In this document: piece by piece, positions 48,826-60,900 of the stretch
How positions within the stretch are numbered: the stretch's first letter is position 1
How the letters are laid out: every line of letters begins with the position of its first letter
From: Amoebophrya sp. A120
Lineage: Eukaryota > Protista > Dinoflagellata
DNA length: 64,000 bases
Assembly: GCA_905178155.1 (NCBI GenBank)
Contig: CAJINV010000011.1
Span: 493,914-557,913, forward strand
Direction: 5' to 3'
The notes under the pieces: model-generated
What the model was told of the DNA's origin: nothing
What the model saw: only the letters and a program-made list of their open reading frames with translations
Database searches by the model: none
Made by a program: the position numbers and the translations under genes

Positions 48826-49925
48826 TTAATGCAGAACCGCCCTGGAACTAATTGCGTTTCTCAATGAATTCAGAATGAAGTCAGAGTTTCGCACTTTTTG
48901 GGATTTTGGGGCGAAAGGCATCGCCTAAATCACCTCTAACAGCGCCAACGCGGCCCCCTTAGCCCGACAATAAGGTGGCTGACAGGGCGCAAAAGCGCAA
49001 GCGTCGTAGTGAGTGCATCGATAGCCGCGTAGCGGCTCTTTACTGAACAAATGGCCACAATGTTTCCCAATGCACGGCCCCGAACTGGGAGGGCGTGCGC
49101 GTGCTTCAGGCGTGTACCTCTCAAACACCCAACACCCACAAGCGTCGCTCACTCGAGGGGCCCTGACGATCACAAATACGCGCACAAAATGCGGACCGGA
49201 TTGGGCAAGGTGTCGGACAAGACGTCCCAGGTCCCTCGGCGCGAAGCCCCTCTGGCCCGGAGCCCATGGAACTCACGATGCCAGATCCCAAGAAACAAAT
49301 CCACAAGCAAGATGATGCAGCGAAACAGAGCCCCGGCAATCATTTTGCCCCCTTTTGATAGATGCGAAACGGCCAAAAGCCTCGACAACGCCGTACTTGT
49401 TTTGCCAAACTTTTTTCAACTCTTTTCCAACTTAATTTTGAAATTGGTGCCGGACCCTTCCGCAAGATGCTCGCTGGCCCGCCTTTTCTTCAATGGCCTG
49501 GCTGGACGCCGGGCCGCTTCCCTCGAAAAAAACACAGGCCAGGGTGGTTCCTCGCTATGGCCTGCGGTCTTTCATGACCCGGGAATCAGGGCCCATTCGC
49601 CAGAGGCAAGTGTGCGGCTGGCGGCGTGCAAGGCAATAATGTTGGGGGCAGCAATGACGTTGCATCGCTGCAAAATCTTGCCAGGCTAAGAAAGTCCCTG
49701 TCTTTCGCGCATGAAGACGCTTATACAGTGGCGGCCCGAAGCAGGAAAGTCGAAGGGCCTCCACGCGCCCTATTGATGACCAGGCTGATGCTCCGTCGGT
49801 CGATAACCAGGCGCGAGGACTCAGGCCCCTAAAACGAGCCAAAGTGTAAAATTGCTGGAATTCTGAATTCATTCTGTTCTGAATTCGTTAAGAAATGATT
49901 ATTTTCTACGGCGGTTTTGAGTTAA
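48826..49925. mobile_element. 1.1 kb TTAA-ended element with imperfect TIRs of about 50 nt (MITE-like), bracketed by a 42-bp direct repeat
   Basis: ttaatgcagaaccgccctggaa...aatgaattcagaa vs reverse complement of the right end ttaactcaaaaccgccgtagaa...aacgaattcagaa; DR cggcaaaattggatgtcgtcgtgatctcccagccttttactt at 48784-48825 and 49953-49994. Confidence 0.65.
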
Positions 49926-49988
49926 TTGATATTTTTTGCGTCCGTCCATCTTCGGCAAAATTGGATGTCGTCGTGATCTCCCAGCCTT

Positions 49989-51035
49989 TTACTTGTCGTC
50001 CTTCTTCTTCTGCTTCGGGATTTTTGGCAGCGGCGCTCCCAGTGCGCGGTTCAGTTTCTGAATCACCGCGCCCTCCGGGACAGCCTTGCCTGCCTCGTAG
50101 TCGCGAATGATAGCCGGAGCCAGATTATGCATTGCAAATATCAATCTGGCGGTCTGGAAGGATGCAACTTGTCATGCTAAGTCTGGAGGAACTGGATCGT
50201 GCAAAAAGTAGTCTACTTTTGTTGACCAGGTTCAGAGGGATTTTCTCATGCACAGGGTAGGCATGATAGTACAGATCTGTCATCATGCTAAATCCTGCAT
50301 TTTTCGAGGCCTCATGGGTCGTGGAAAACTTGCATGACAAGTTTCGTACTATTCTTCCAGACCCCGATCGATATTTGCAGTGGATACAGATTGCACGCCT
50401 GCGCCAGCTGTGCCTGAGTTAGGCCCTTCCCCTGTCGCAGCTTCTGCAGGGCCAGCTTGAACTCCGTTGGAATCTGCGACAATGGTATTGGTGTTTTATT
50501 TTATGGTTGTATTGATCAGGATATTGATTCGATTGATATGCTAGGGAAGAACAAGAACATCAACATCAAACAGTTCAAGATCTGCGTTACTTAATTCGAT
50601 TGACGCATCGAAAATCTTTGGTAGGTTGTCATACGCATAATGTTATTTTGTGTAGTAAAAAAAACACGAAGATCATGATGAAGTACCTGGCGGTGCTTGT
50701 AACTTCCAGTATCCTCATCGAGCGCCTTGGAGTTCGTTGGTCCCACCGAATGGTTCGCAGCACCAAATTTGTTCTCCACTTCCAGGTTTCCAGTCCTGGC
50801 CGCAGCATTCTGCGCAGCCTTGGATTTCGCGTTGCCACCTGTTTAGAAGTAGAGGGTTAGTTTGTAGTGAACAATGTGCAGCTTTTTTATTTGACTACAT
50901 TATTTTTTGGCATGGCTTGATATAAAGACCGCAAGAAATCAACCGCAAAAATTCTTTGATCATCTTACCTGCTGTCTTCGTCCACCCGTAAGTCGGGGTG
51001 TCGAGAGAGTTAGCAGCGTTAGGGTGGGCCGACAT
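49989..51035 (-). CDS. MBF1: Multiprotein bridging factor 1 (HTH transcriptional coactivator); 2 GT-AG introns plus 1 introner
   Basis: Spliced: MSAHPNAANSLDTPTYGWTKTAG-GNAKSKAAQNAAARTGNLEVENKFGAAN...KALDEDT...-IPTEFKLALQKLRQGKGLTQAQLAQACNL-APAIIRDYEAGKAVPEGAVIQKLNRALGAPLPK...DDK*. Confidence 0.92.
50126..50386. mobile_element. Introner, family A, inside the MBF1 HTH domain
   Basis: TAT...ATA; DR cagat; frame restored (CNL|APAII). Confidence 0.92.
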
Positions 51036-52210
51036 TGTTCGTTCTTGTCTCCTTTCCGGGGATAGGATACTCGGCTCCTGCTTACGGCGTTTATTAGTAG
51101 ATGTGGCTCCTCTGTGAAGATAACGAAGTCGCTTCTACTTTCCAGACAGCTAAGTGGAGTTTTCTTTTTTCACAAAGAACAGAAGATAATCTAATACAAC
51201 TAAATCGAAGATGTAGGCGGTCGAGCGAACAAATTGGAGATTTGTGTTCTTGAGAACTTCCGTGTGGACGGTCGGAGTAAAAAAATGGGAGAATTTATTT
51301 TATCCAAAACAACGCCAAAAAAATGCTCGGTAGTGACGACAAGCGCTTCTTCTGGGTCTGGTACCACTTCGAAATCTACTTCACTCTAACAAACCTATGT
51401 CAATTGAGTATGTGTAGTAATTGAATATGGGGTCGGTCGTCGTGGGAGCTTTGTTGTATCGCCTGAAACTTTTGTACGAAAATCAAGTCAAACTGACAAT
51501 CCAACGCACGGTCAAAAATGGAAAAGAGACTTCTCCGCAGATGATCAATCTTTCAGCTTGTTCTAAACATCTTCATTATCCGAAGCGCTCGAGATAATAC
51601 AAGAACCGATGAAGATTTGTTCTTTAAGGATCGCGGAGTAGATAGATTCTGTGTCATTCTGATCATGTCGATAATTCTATTTCCGGTGGTACATCAGGAG
51701 AGGCTTGAGCGAACGCTAGGTACATTGTCGCTCGGTGCATTCTAAGACACAGAGCGAGGAGAGAAGTTGCGATATTTTCATATGCGCGATGTAGTGTGAT
51801 GTCACATATTCATATACTTCGCATGTCAACGATATCCTTGTACACGGTTCTTTTTGTCTTTTTATGTAAAGCACTTGCTTTTGTTAGCAGTCTCCATCAT
51901 ACAAAAGGCGTTTCGCGTTCCTGTTCCACTTCTTACTGGTGAATGACAAGCATGTACAACTCTCGAGAGCGCGTTCATCTTTGTGTGTTGCAACATGCAC
52001 TATTAACAACGTACGGAAATATAGGTATTTGAAGCCCTAAGCGACATATAAGACATCATCAAACAGTCGGATTATTTAGTATCTATTTTACGGCAAGAAA
52101 CTTGAGAGCATTTTTCTAGCTGCGGACTACTTCCTGCTGACTTCTTCATGTTCATCCTCATGAAAAAATCGATGGATAGAGATACTGTCACACAGATCAA
52201 CTACTTCTAC

Positions 52211-54045
52211 TTATTTCTTCTCCTGTTTGACCGGCGACGGCGCGGCTGACGTAGTAGCACCCGCTGCTAACCCAGCGGAAGTAGGCTTGCCGCTGATCCC
52301 CCCAGCACCACCGGCGACCGGTTTGTTATTATTCCCCTTTTTGTTGGACTGCACGCTTTTCACTCGCTGCATCAGCGCCGCGGGCTTCAACTTCCACGTC
52401 TGCACTGGCCGCCACCATGTATGAAAGCGTCAGGTTTGAAATCGACATAGTTGAAATGATTTGTCATGCACAAAATGGATACCAGTTGGAAGACCAATTT
52501 CCAAGCGGCGCATGACAAATTTTCCTAGCACCGGAATCCAATTTGCCATGCTGTTTGGGCAAAGAAGACTGCTCCTCTCATGCTACTCTAACAGCACATT
52601 GCATAGCCCTAAACAGGCTCACAATCGGTCTCATATGCCTGCTCCCTAGTACAGGCCTGCAGTACTTTGCATTTTATGCATCACAAAATTTTCGATTTTG
52701 TCGATTTCGATCCTGACACATCCATACCAAGGGGAGTGTCCGTACATCCGCAGGTAGGTTTCCGTATCAAGTGCAAATATTTTTGAATATCTGGAAGACT
52801 TGTGATGCTGTGTTTGGACTCTAAAAAAATCTGTATTGCATGAGCAGCAAAATAGGAGTCCAACTCTTGCTACGCGAAGAGGGCATCTGTAATGCGGGAT
52901 AGGCATCATCAAGACGGCCTCAAAAAATCTGTGATGGAAGGGCGTACAACATAGACATCATGGCTCATGGGAAACGTGCATGACAAGTTCGCATCCTTCC
53001 AGACCCAGATCGACATTTGCAACGCATATTCCGAATACTCGGTCAACTCCGAATTCTCCGCCCGCAGAAATCGCCACAGCCGCCACTTCCTTTTCTTCTT
53101 CGTTGTACTAGCGGAGTTGTCTTTTTGCTGCAAGATCTTCCCGATGTCCAGACCGTACTCCTGATTTCGGGTTTGTGGCAGCAGTTGGAACAATTCCTGG
53201 TCTTCTTGCGTGTTTGATGTCCATTGGTTGGTATTTTTAGTCGTCGTCCTTGCTACTTTTGATACTGTAGTCGATGGATTACTATCTTCTGCCCGGTCTA
53301 GTCGTGTTTCCCGAATTGTTGCGCCGTCCTGGTCGTCGTCGTTGAGCCCCTCATCGTTTGCTGTCGCGCTTGTAGTTGTTCTCTCGCCGTTTATTTCAGC
53401 AACTGCAGAGTGGTTCGCTCTCGCGCTTTGTCCGCTTTTGCATGCGACGGCGGCCTAAAACAAGTGGTCGTGTGTTTTCCTTTTCGTGCAGTGTTGGATC
53501 ACGTTGGCATAAAGAGCAAATGAACGGCATTTTTCAGATGATGATATCATGGTGACTACTACCCACAGCTGGTGCCATGAACAAACGAAACTCGCAAGGG
53601 CATTTCCAACACAAACTGGTCACAACAGAAGCTCGTAGTCCTACGCCTAGTACTTTATATATACCTCCTTCCCCGTCGATCCTCCCGTTCCAGCCTTACA
53701 CGCATCATCAAAACTCTCCTCCAGCAGGGTGGTGTTCAGAAAGCTCTGGTTCTTCTTGGTTGGTCGTGATGTTTTAATAATGTTCCCGCTGGGTTTGCTG
53801 TCCTGCTCCTGGACGAGTTCATCTTGAGCGGCACTTTCTGCTCCACTTCTGGGTGCGAAAAACGCCCCCACGCCCACCTTCGGGGTCAGGATGTTTTTCT
53901 CGATGGTCTTGGAGTTCAGCACAAAGTCCCGCTTCACCTGGATAAACTTTTTGTCCCACTCCAACTTCTCAATCAGCGCCCGATTCCGCTGGTACGGGCT
54001 CTGTTGCGTCGCTAAATGCACACGCGTTTTGCGGCTGTTCCACAT
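52211..54045 (-). CDS. FAM183/CFAP144-like flagellar protein; 1 probable GT-AG intron plus 2 introners
   Basis: N-terminal QRNRALIEKLE...FVLN and C-terminal PQTRNQEYG...SELTEYSETYLRMYGHSPW resemble FAM183 motifs; join HSPW|WRPVQTWKLKP is in frame. Confidence 0.55.
52420..52726. mobile_element. Introner, single-copy family K (GTCAGG...GAAATCGACA TIR)
   Basis: TAT...ATA; DR ccatg/ccaag. Confidence 0.85.
52765..53028. mobile_element. Introner, family A
   Basis: TAT...ATA; DR ttccg. Confidence 0.88.
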
Positions 54046-54985
54046 GATTCTGATTCTGCAGGAGGATTACGTGTTTGTTTGTAAAAGAAGGACGAACAAA
54101 CTACTTAGACGATGTTGATCTTCTGTGAGTGAAATAAAGCGGCAATCTCTCTCTCTACCAGAACCTTGGACAGCAAAAAACAGGTTTCAGGTTCCGCACG
54201 CACACTTAATTGTTGTTCTTCGTATAATATCACATTAAATGACGTGGGTGAAGATGGACGGCATCATGAGAACAATCTTAATCTTTACTCAACAAGGTCG
54301 GTAGAACTTCTGTCCCACAGCTGCAACTACTCTCAGGACCCAATTAGTTCGCATAAAACAAAAAAGAAAACGAAACAGAAAAAAACGGAACAAGCGACAT
54401 GTCCTCGATCAAAAATCCAGCTCCTGGCTGAGATTCAATTATTTTTTTGTAGTTCGTCGTTAAGTGTTATATCGACTCTTTTTCTATTTTTTCAAATGGC
54501 ATATTACTGCGCAAAAAGCAAGACAAATACACCAACGAGTGGCTCGATTTTTCACTTCGCCGGCAGAGCAATTAAGGACCGCGTAGTGAAAAAAAATCAC
54601 TGTCACCATCCGCAAAAAAAGAAAGTTCGCTAGTACACAGCTAGTATTTTGCTTCGAACAAAAAAGACCAAATCACACTTGTTCAATAAACACGAATAGT
54701 TGCAAAAAACAATGCATCCACATCGATTTCCAGCCGCAGCAAGAGCGACGATGATAACTTTAATTGCATTGCAAAATAATCAATAAACCAAACAAACCTC
54801 GAGCTGCAAGAACGTCAAGTAATGTGCGAAGTATAATTCTTAGCATAAATCATGTGAGTACAGGACGAGCCATCGTGTCTCTCTTTATTCCAATTTTTTC
54901 TGCCTTCTTTGAATTTGATGAAGAAAAAGAAGAGCCGTTAGTACTTACTTTACAACATCCCACGAGTAGTTCTCTCGGCCCTTTA

Positions 54986-57900
54986 TCATCCCGTGAACGC
55001 CGACATACTCGTTGGGGGTTTCAGGGCCCGCATTTGGCGCACAATCGCATCCACCTCCTCGCGCTGCACGGCCAGTTGGTTCTCCTTCTGCCCCAGGAGT
55101 TTTTTCAACTCGAAGATTTCGTGTTTTTGGATCTCCAACTCGGTTTCCAGGGTGATCTCCTTCTTCTTGGCGGTTTGCTGCATCGCCTGCGTCTTCTGCA
55201 GCAGCTGCTTCTCCAACAGGGCCACCGTGCTGGCCAGCTGCCGGAACTGCTGCGGTACGGAACTCGACTGTTGGTCTTTCGTGGACACCACCAGCTGCGC
55301 TAACGAGTCGTTCTTGTCCTGCAGCTCTTTCACGTCCTGCTGCAGCCGGTCCTTCTGCCGCACCAGCTCCGCGTTCTGCAGCGTCATTCGCGTCAACTCC
55401 GTCTTGGTCGCGAGGTCAGCTTGTGTAGCAGGACCGCCGATGACAGTACTTGAAGTCGTTTGGCCATCTTGTTGCGCACCATAATTCATCATTTCAGAAC
55501 CAGTTTGCCTGGTTTTGTTGTTCGGCGCGCCGTGGTCACCAGGAGCTGTGGTCCCTCGTCCCCCCGCCCCAGGCACGGAGTTGAAGAAGTTGCTCCAGAT
55601 CTGTTCGCCCGAGCTCCCCTGCTGCAGCAAGTCTTGCAGCAACAAAAGCCATTCGACGTCCTTCTGCCCCTTGCTCCGGCCGAAGAACAGCGTCAGGGTT
55701 TCCACCTCCACCGGAGTTAGGACCTCCTGGGCGACGTTCAGGGTCTTCGATTGGAAAATATCCAAAAAATCCTGCCGCGACACCGTGCCGGAGCAGCTCG
55801 GATCCTTCAACCGAAAGGCGTCCAGCAGTTCCTGCCACTTGTTCATCACATGCAAATACTTATATCTGGGTCGGGAAAGAACAACTTCCTTGTGATGCAA
55901 GCCTGCGAATAATGAGCTCACTGCAAAAATAGGTGACCAAGCATTGCAGGTTTTTGAGAGAGCTCCTGCGTCATGCGTATTCCGCATGGCAGGCTCCATT
56001 CTTGCATGACAGGCAAGAGGATCTTTTCGCGCCTAAGCATCACAGAGTTGTTTGAGTTGACGCTTAAAGTTACTTATGCCAGACGAGCATCACAAACCCG
56101 GCATTCTTCCAGACCAAGACATATTTGCCATGCATATTGTTGCTGTCCTTGAGCTTCCGCAACGGGTGCAATACACTGGCGAAGGAGCCTGGGTTAGTTG
56201 TTAGACTTAGGTTGCAGATGAACAATACACGCTTGTACAAATGAGCAGCTCAACAAGTCAGTTGCAAAAACAAAAAAGCTCGAATAAAATTGATAAGTAC
56301 CTAGCTGCGGCGTCGCCCCTTGCAACAGGAGAGTGCGCAACTCCGGCCAAAACACCTTCCCACCGGGCACACACAGCAGTGCCGCGTCCTCCTGCAGCTG
56401 CTTCAGCTCCGGGCCCCAGGGCCCGCACCGCTGCACGCTCTTGAGAAACTCAAACCAGGGGATGCTCAAGCCGTGGTGGCTGTGGTGCACTTTAAGGTCC
56501 TGTTCCAAGATCGGGAAGTCCTCTGCGACGAAGCGGTTTTCCCGCCACCGCTCCGCGAACAGCGCGAACGCCAGCGTTTGCTCGCCGATCTCTATCAAGT
56601 GCAAAAATGACTGGGTCTCGAACATCGGAAGATCTGTCATGCACACCTGACATGACCCATGACGGCTGTGATGTATGCCCTAGCATTACAGATTTTCTGA
56701 GTGCTTCTTGATGCCTATCCTGCATGAGAAATGCCCTCTCCACGTGCCAAAAACTGGACTCCTATTGCCTGTCATGCAATTTGTTTAGAATCCAAAAATA
56801 GCATTACAAGTTGCATCCTTCCAGACCCAGGAGACATCTTTGCATTTGATAATCGCTGGTGGCCGTCCAAAGGTGTCTTCGGTCTCCGGCGAGAGGCTCT
56901 CTGCGACGGACAGCTTTTGCAACAGCGCTTGGTCCAGCAGCGACCGGATGGTCGGCATCGCGAGAAAAAATCCCCCCTCCCCATATTGACAAGGAATGTC
57001 TTATTCGAAGATTTGTGTTGCTGATTTGTGGCCACGAATCGTGTCTGGCTTGCCAGAAGGCAACTCCACAGGCTCCGCCGCATTATGCAGGCGGCTTGTC
57101 ATGCTGCTGGGACTACCGCGCGGGCGTTTTTCATGCCAAGCGCCTAGGCCAAAGCCTCTCTGCTCAGGCCTGATATGGGTCTGCAGTCCTCTCCAGCAAG
57201 ACAAATCTGATTTGTGTACGCAAATCCAGCATCAGAAACTTCGTTTCGATATGGGGAGAGGGGATTTTTCCTTTTGATAGTCGGCAAATCGTTCTTCTCG
57301 ATCGCGACCCGCATATGAAATGCAAAAATGTCTGGGTCTGGAAGGATCCGAACTTGTGATGCGCATTGTAGAACACAGAAAAATCTCTCATGCATAGGTA
57401 GCAAAAGCTGCCGACTTTCTGTCACCAAAATGGGGGACTTCTCATGCGGGTTCGGCATTGCGGAAGCTTCTCGAAACCTGTGGTGCTAGAGCTTCCATGC
57501 CAGAGCTTCTGCGTCATGCAAAAACAGCATGACTCTTCCAGACCCAGACATTTTTACATTTGATACCGCACGCGCTGAAGAAATTCCGTCGTGGGGTAGG
57601 GCCCAGCATCCGCGGCTTGCTTCCTGCGGATCTGCAGTGCATCCACAAACGCCAACAGGTGGTTTTTGTCCTGCACGCGCTGCGACTGCTCAGCCTTTCG
57701 CCGCATTTCCTGGTCCGCAACATCTTCTACATTCGCGGCTGTTGTTCCGGGCGGCTGGTAGGACTTCTGCTCCAATAAGTCGCTCGCGGCCTTCTCGAGG
57801 ATTCCGAAGCACAGCGCGAACGGCTGGGCCAAAAATTTCCGCATCAGAGACGGCGTGAACTGCAGAAAATCCCGGGCTTTGATCGATTGGGATTGCGCAG

Positions 57901-60900
57901 CAGTTCTTGTTATACCACCTTGTAACTCTTCGCGATAACCATCTTCCAATTCCGTGAACACAACCTTTTTCGGCGGATAGCTGCTTCCTCGCGCACTCGT
58001 GTACTGCTCCTGTCCTTCACTTCGTCGTGGTGGAGCGGGCTCTCTACTTCCGGTCGCGGAGCTCCTGTCGTAGAACATTCCAGAAGTACCGTCCTCAGCC
58101 TGCTCCACTTCCATGTTTATTGCAGAGGGCGAAATAGCGTTGTTACCATAGTTGTACCCACGTTTGTTGTTCTTCCTACTTGGCGTCGCTGTGTAGCTAT
58201 CGTCGTTGTTCAACCGCAGAACCAGGTCCCGATTTCGCACTTCCGCCTCCTGCAACCGCCTCTCCGCCTGCGCCAGCGCTTCTTCCAGGTCCAGCACGCG
58301 CTTCGCCCCGGGCGCGCCAGAATGCGCCGCGTTTGCCCGCAACGGAGCGGACTGCGGGACCAGGGGGTCCTTGCTGCGCAGCTTGCCGAGGTAGTAGCTT
58401 TTCTGGTGCTCCAGCTGCTTCTCCAAGTCCTTAATGCGAGCCTTCCACACCTGCTCCGCGTGCGCGACGTCTTGGTGGGGGTCGTTGCTGTTAGTACCTG
58501 TGTGCCCCGACGCACCAGAAGTGGTCCCGCTTTTGATGTTCATCCTCCCGGCCGCACTGGTACTACTTCCTGAGGAGCTTGATCCTCCCGCCGCCCCGCC
58601 GGTCATGCGTTCGCGGTACTTGGCGGACTCCATTTCGTACTGGAGCTTGTCGTACTGCGCCCGGAGCGCGCGCAACCTCCGGTCAAAATCCACCTCCTTG
58701 TCTTCTAGCTGCTGCTTCAAACTCACGTTCTCCTCCTCCAGCCCCTGTTCCCGCTCCGACTGGGTCTGTATCGTATTGAAAAATGCCCCCAACCCATGGT
58801 TGTATATGCAAATCTGCATGCTGAAAATGTTTCTCATGCGGAGCCCTATGAGAGCGCTTTCTAGTAATGATGTGGAATTTGTCATGCTTCAAACAGCATG
58901 ATATACTAGATCTGTGATTCTGCTGCGCTAGCTCAAAGAGCACTACGCTGCGAGTGCAAATTTGTCATGCAAAACAGGTAAAGCTTGTGGATTCGTCTAG
59001 CCGATTCTCCATCTTGACTATGGGGTGCTGGGGACGTTTTTACATAGGATAGTCTTCCGGTTCTCTTTTTCCTTTTCCGTGTCCACGGCGGCGAGCAGGT
59101 GCAGGATGCTGGTGTCCTGCGGCAGCTTCTTCTTCACCAAGGCCTGCAATTCTTCGATTTGTTTCAAAAGCTCCTTCTCGCGTACATCGGCCTTCCGCCC
59201 GGTCAACAGGCGCTGACGGAGCTGCCGCGAGTCCTTTTTCAGGCTCCGGTTCTCCTCCTCCAGCGCCTTTGCCTTCGCCCGGTCCTCGTCCATCTTCAGC
59301 TGGCTCTCGATGTACCACTGCAGCTTGGCCTGCATCTCGTCCTTTTCGATTTGCCACTTCTTCTCGGTCGCTTCCTCCCACAATTTTTTCTGCTCGCCCA
59401 TTTCCTTCTCGGACAGCGCCGGTTTTTTGACCAGCTCGCCCTCTAGCATCTTCTTGGCCTCGCGCGCGTTTTGGAGTTCCGCAGAGAAAGACTCTGCCTT
59501 CTCCTTCCACTCCTTCACCTGCTCGAGCAGCTCGTTCATTTTCAGCGCCTTTTCGGCCGATGTCGTAGAAGTTCCACCCGCCCCGCCCGCGGTGGAGTTG
59601 TACAGCGTGACGCCGAGACTCTCCCCCTGGAACGGGTGTTCGTCCAGCGACTTGCGCAGGAACCGGTTCTTCTCTTGCACCGCCACCGCCGCCTGCTGCT
59701 GCGCCTGCACCAGCTGGGTGGTCAAGTGCTGGACTTCCCGCTCTAGCTGCGCGGTCCGCCGGTTTACCTCCTGCTGCATCTGTTGGAACAGCGTCGCGGT
59801 GGAGGCATCATTCGTCTCGTCGGCTCTTTGTTGAAAGCCTTTGTTTTTGTGCCGGCTCTTGTCCGCCGCGGAGGAATTGTCTAATGGCGACTCCTGCGCC
59901 CCGGCGAGGTCTGCGGGGGAGGAAAGCAGCTTTTGTGCGCCGGTCGCTTGCTTCGGAGAAGGCGATGATGTTCCTTTCCCGTCTATCTGCTCTCCCGCGC
60001 CTGCACTAGCGCCCGACGCAGCTGCCGCAGCCAACTCCCGATCCCGCAACTTCTGTTCTTGCTCCAGCAAGTCTCGCTCGCTCCGCAGCTGTTCGTTTTC
60101 CGCCCGGGTGGCCCCCAGCGAGGTCTGCAGCGTCTGCATCTCCTTGTCGTGGGCCTCGCGGATCTGCTGCAGCTGTGTGTCCCGGTTCTTCGTGATTTTG
60201 CGCAGCTCCCGGTTCTCGACCACCAGCTTTTCGTTCTCCTTTTCGTACCCCCTCATCAAGGTTTCCACCATGCTCTCGTCCGGATTTAACCGCAGCCCCG
60301 GCCCGCCGATTTCCTGCTGCTGCGCACCCGGACGACCGGAAGCTGGTTGGGATGTCGAGTCGGGTTGTTCCTCGTCCCCTTCCCCTAGCCCAGCCGCGTC
60401 GGCGCTTGAAGCAGCGCCCGGTGCTGGTCCTTTAAGATTCAGTGCGGCGGACTGCTGGCTTGTTGGCAACATTGCGGCGTGAAGATCCTCGTCTACGCGG
60501 TCCTTGGCGAAGAAAGCTTTTCTCTCTTGGTCGAGCGCCGCGACTTTCTTGCCCGTGGAAGCCGCATTCGCGTCCTTGACCTGCCGCCGCAACTGCGCGA
60601 TCTGTAGAAAGCAGGATGGAAAGTCGACACGTTGGTGGTCGATTTTGATTTTGAGTTTTATGCATTGTAGTTTTTGATCATGATCATGGGTGAAGATCTT
60701 TTTGTTTTTGGAGTTTATGCATCAAAAAAGCGGAACTAATTACAATTCCACTTTCTCTACCTCTTCCTCCATCCGCATGGTCTCGTCGTGCAGTCGCTCG
60801 TTCTGCTCGTTGTATGAAAATGAAAAATCCTCCATCCCCATATCGAAATGGAAATTTGTGATGCTAAGTGGTGGTCACAAATCCCGTTATAATGCTAGGA

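Noticed and set aside
49051-49689. 212-aa ORF inside the TTAA element as a transposase
   Set aside because: There is no DDE or other recognisable motif, and the composition looks non-coding.
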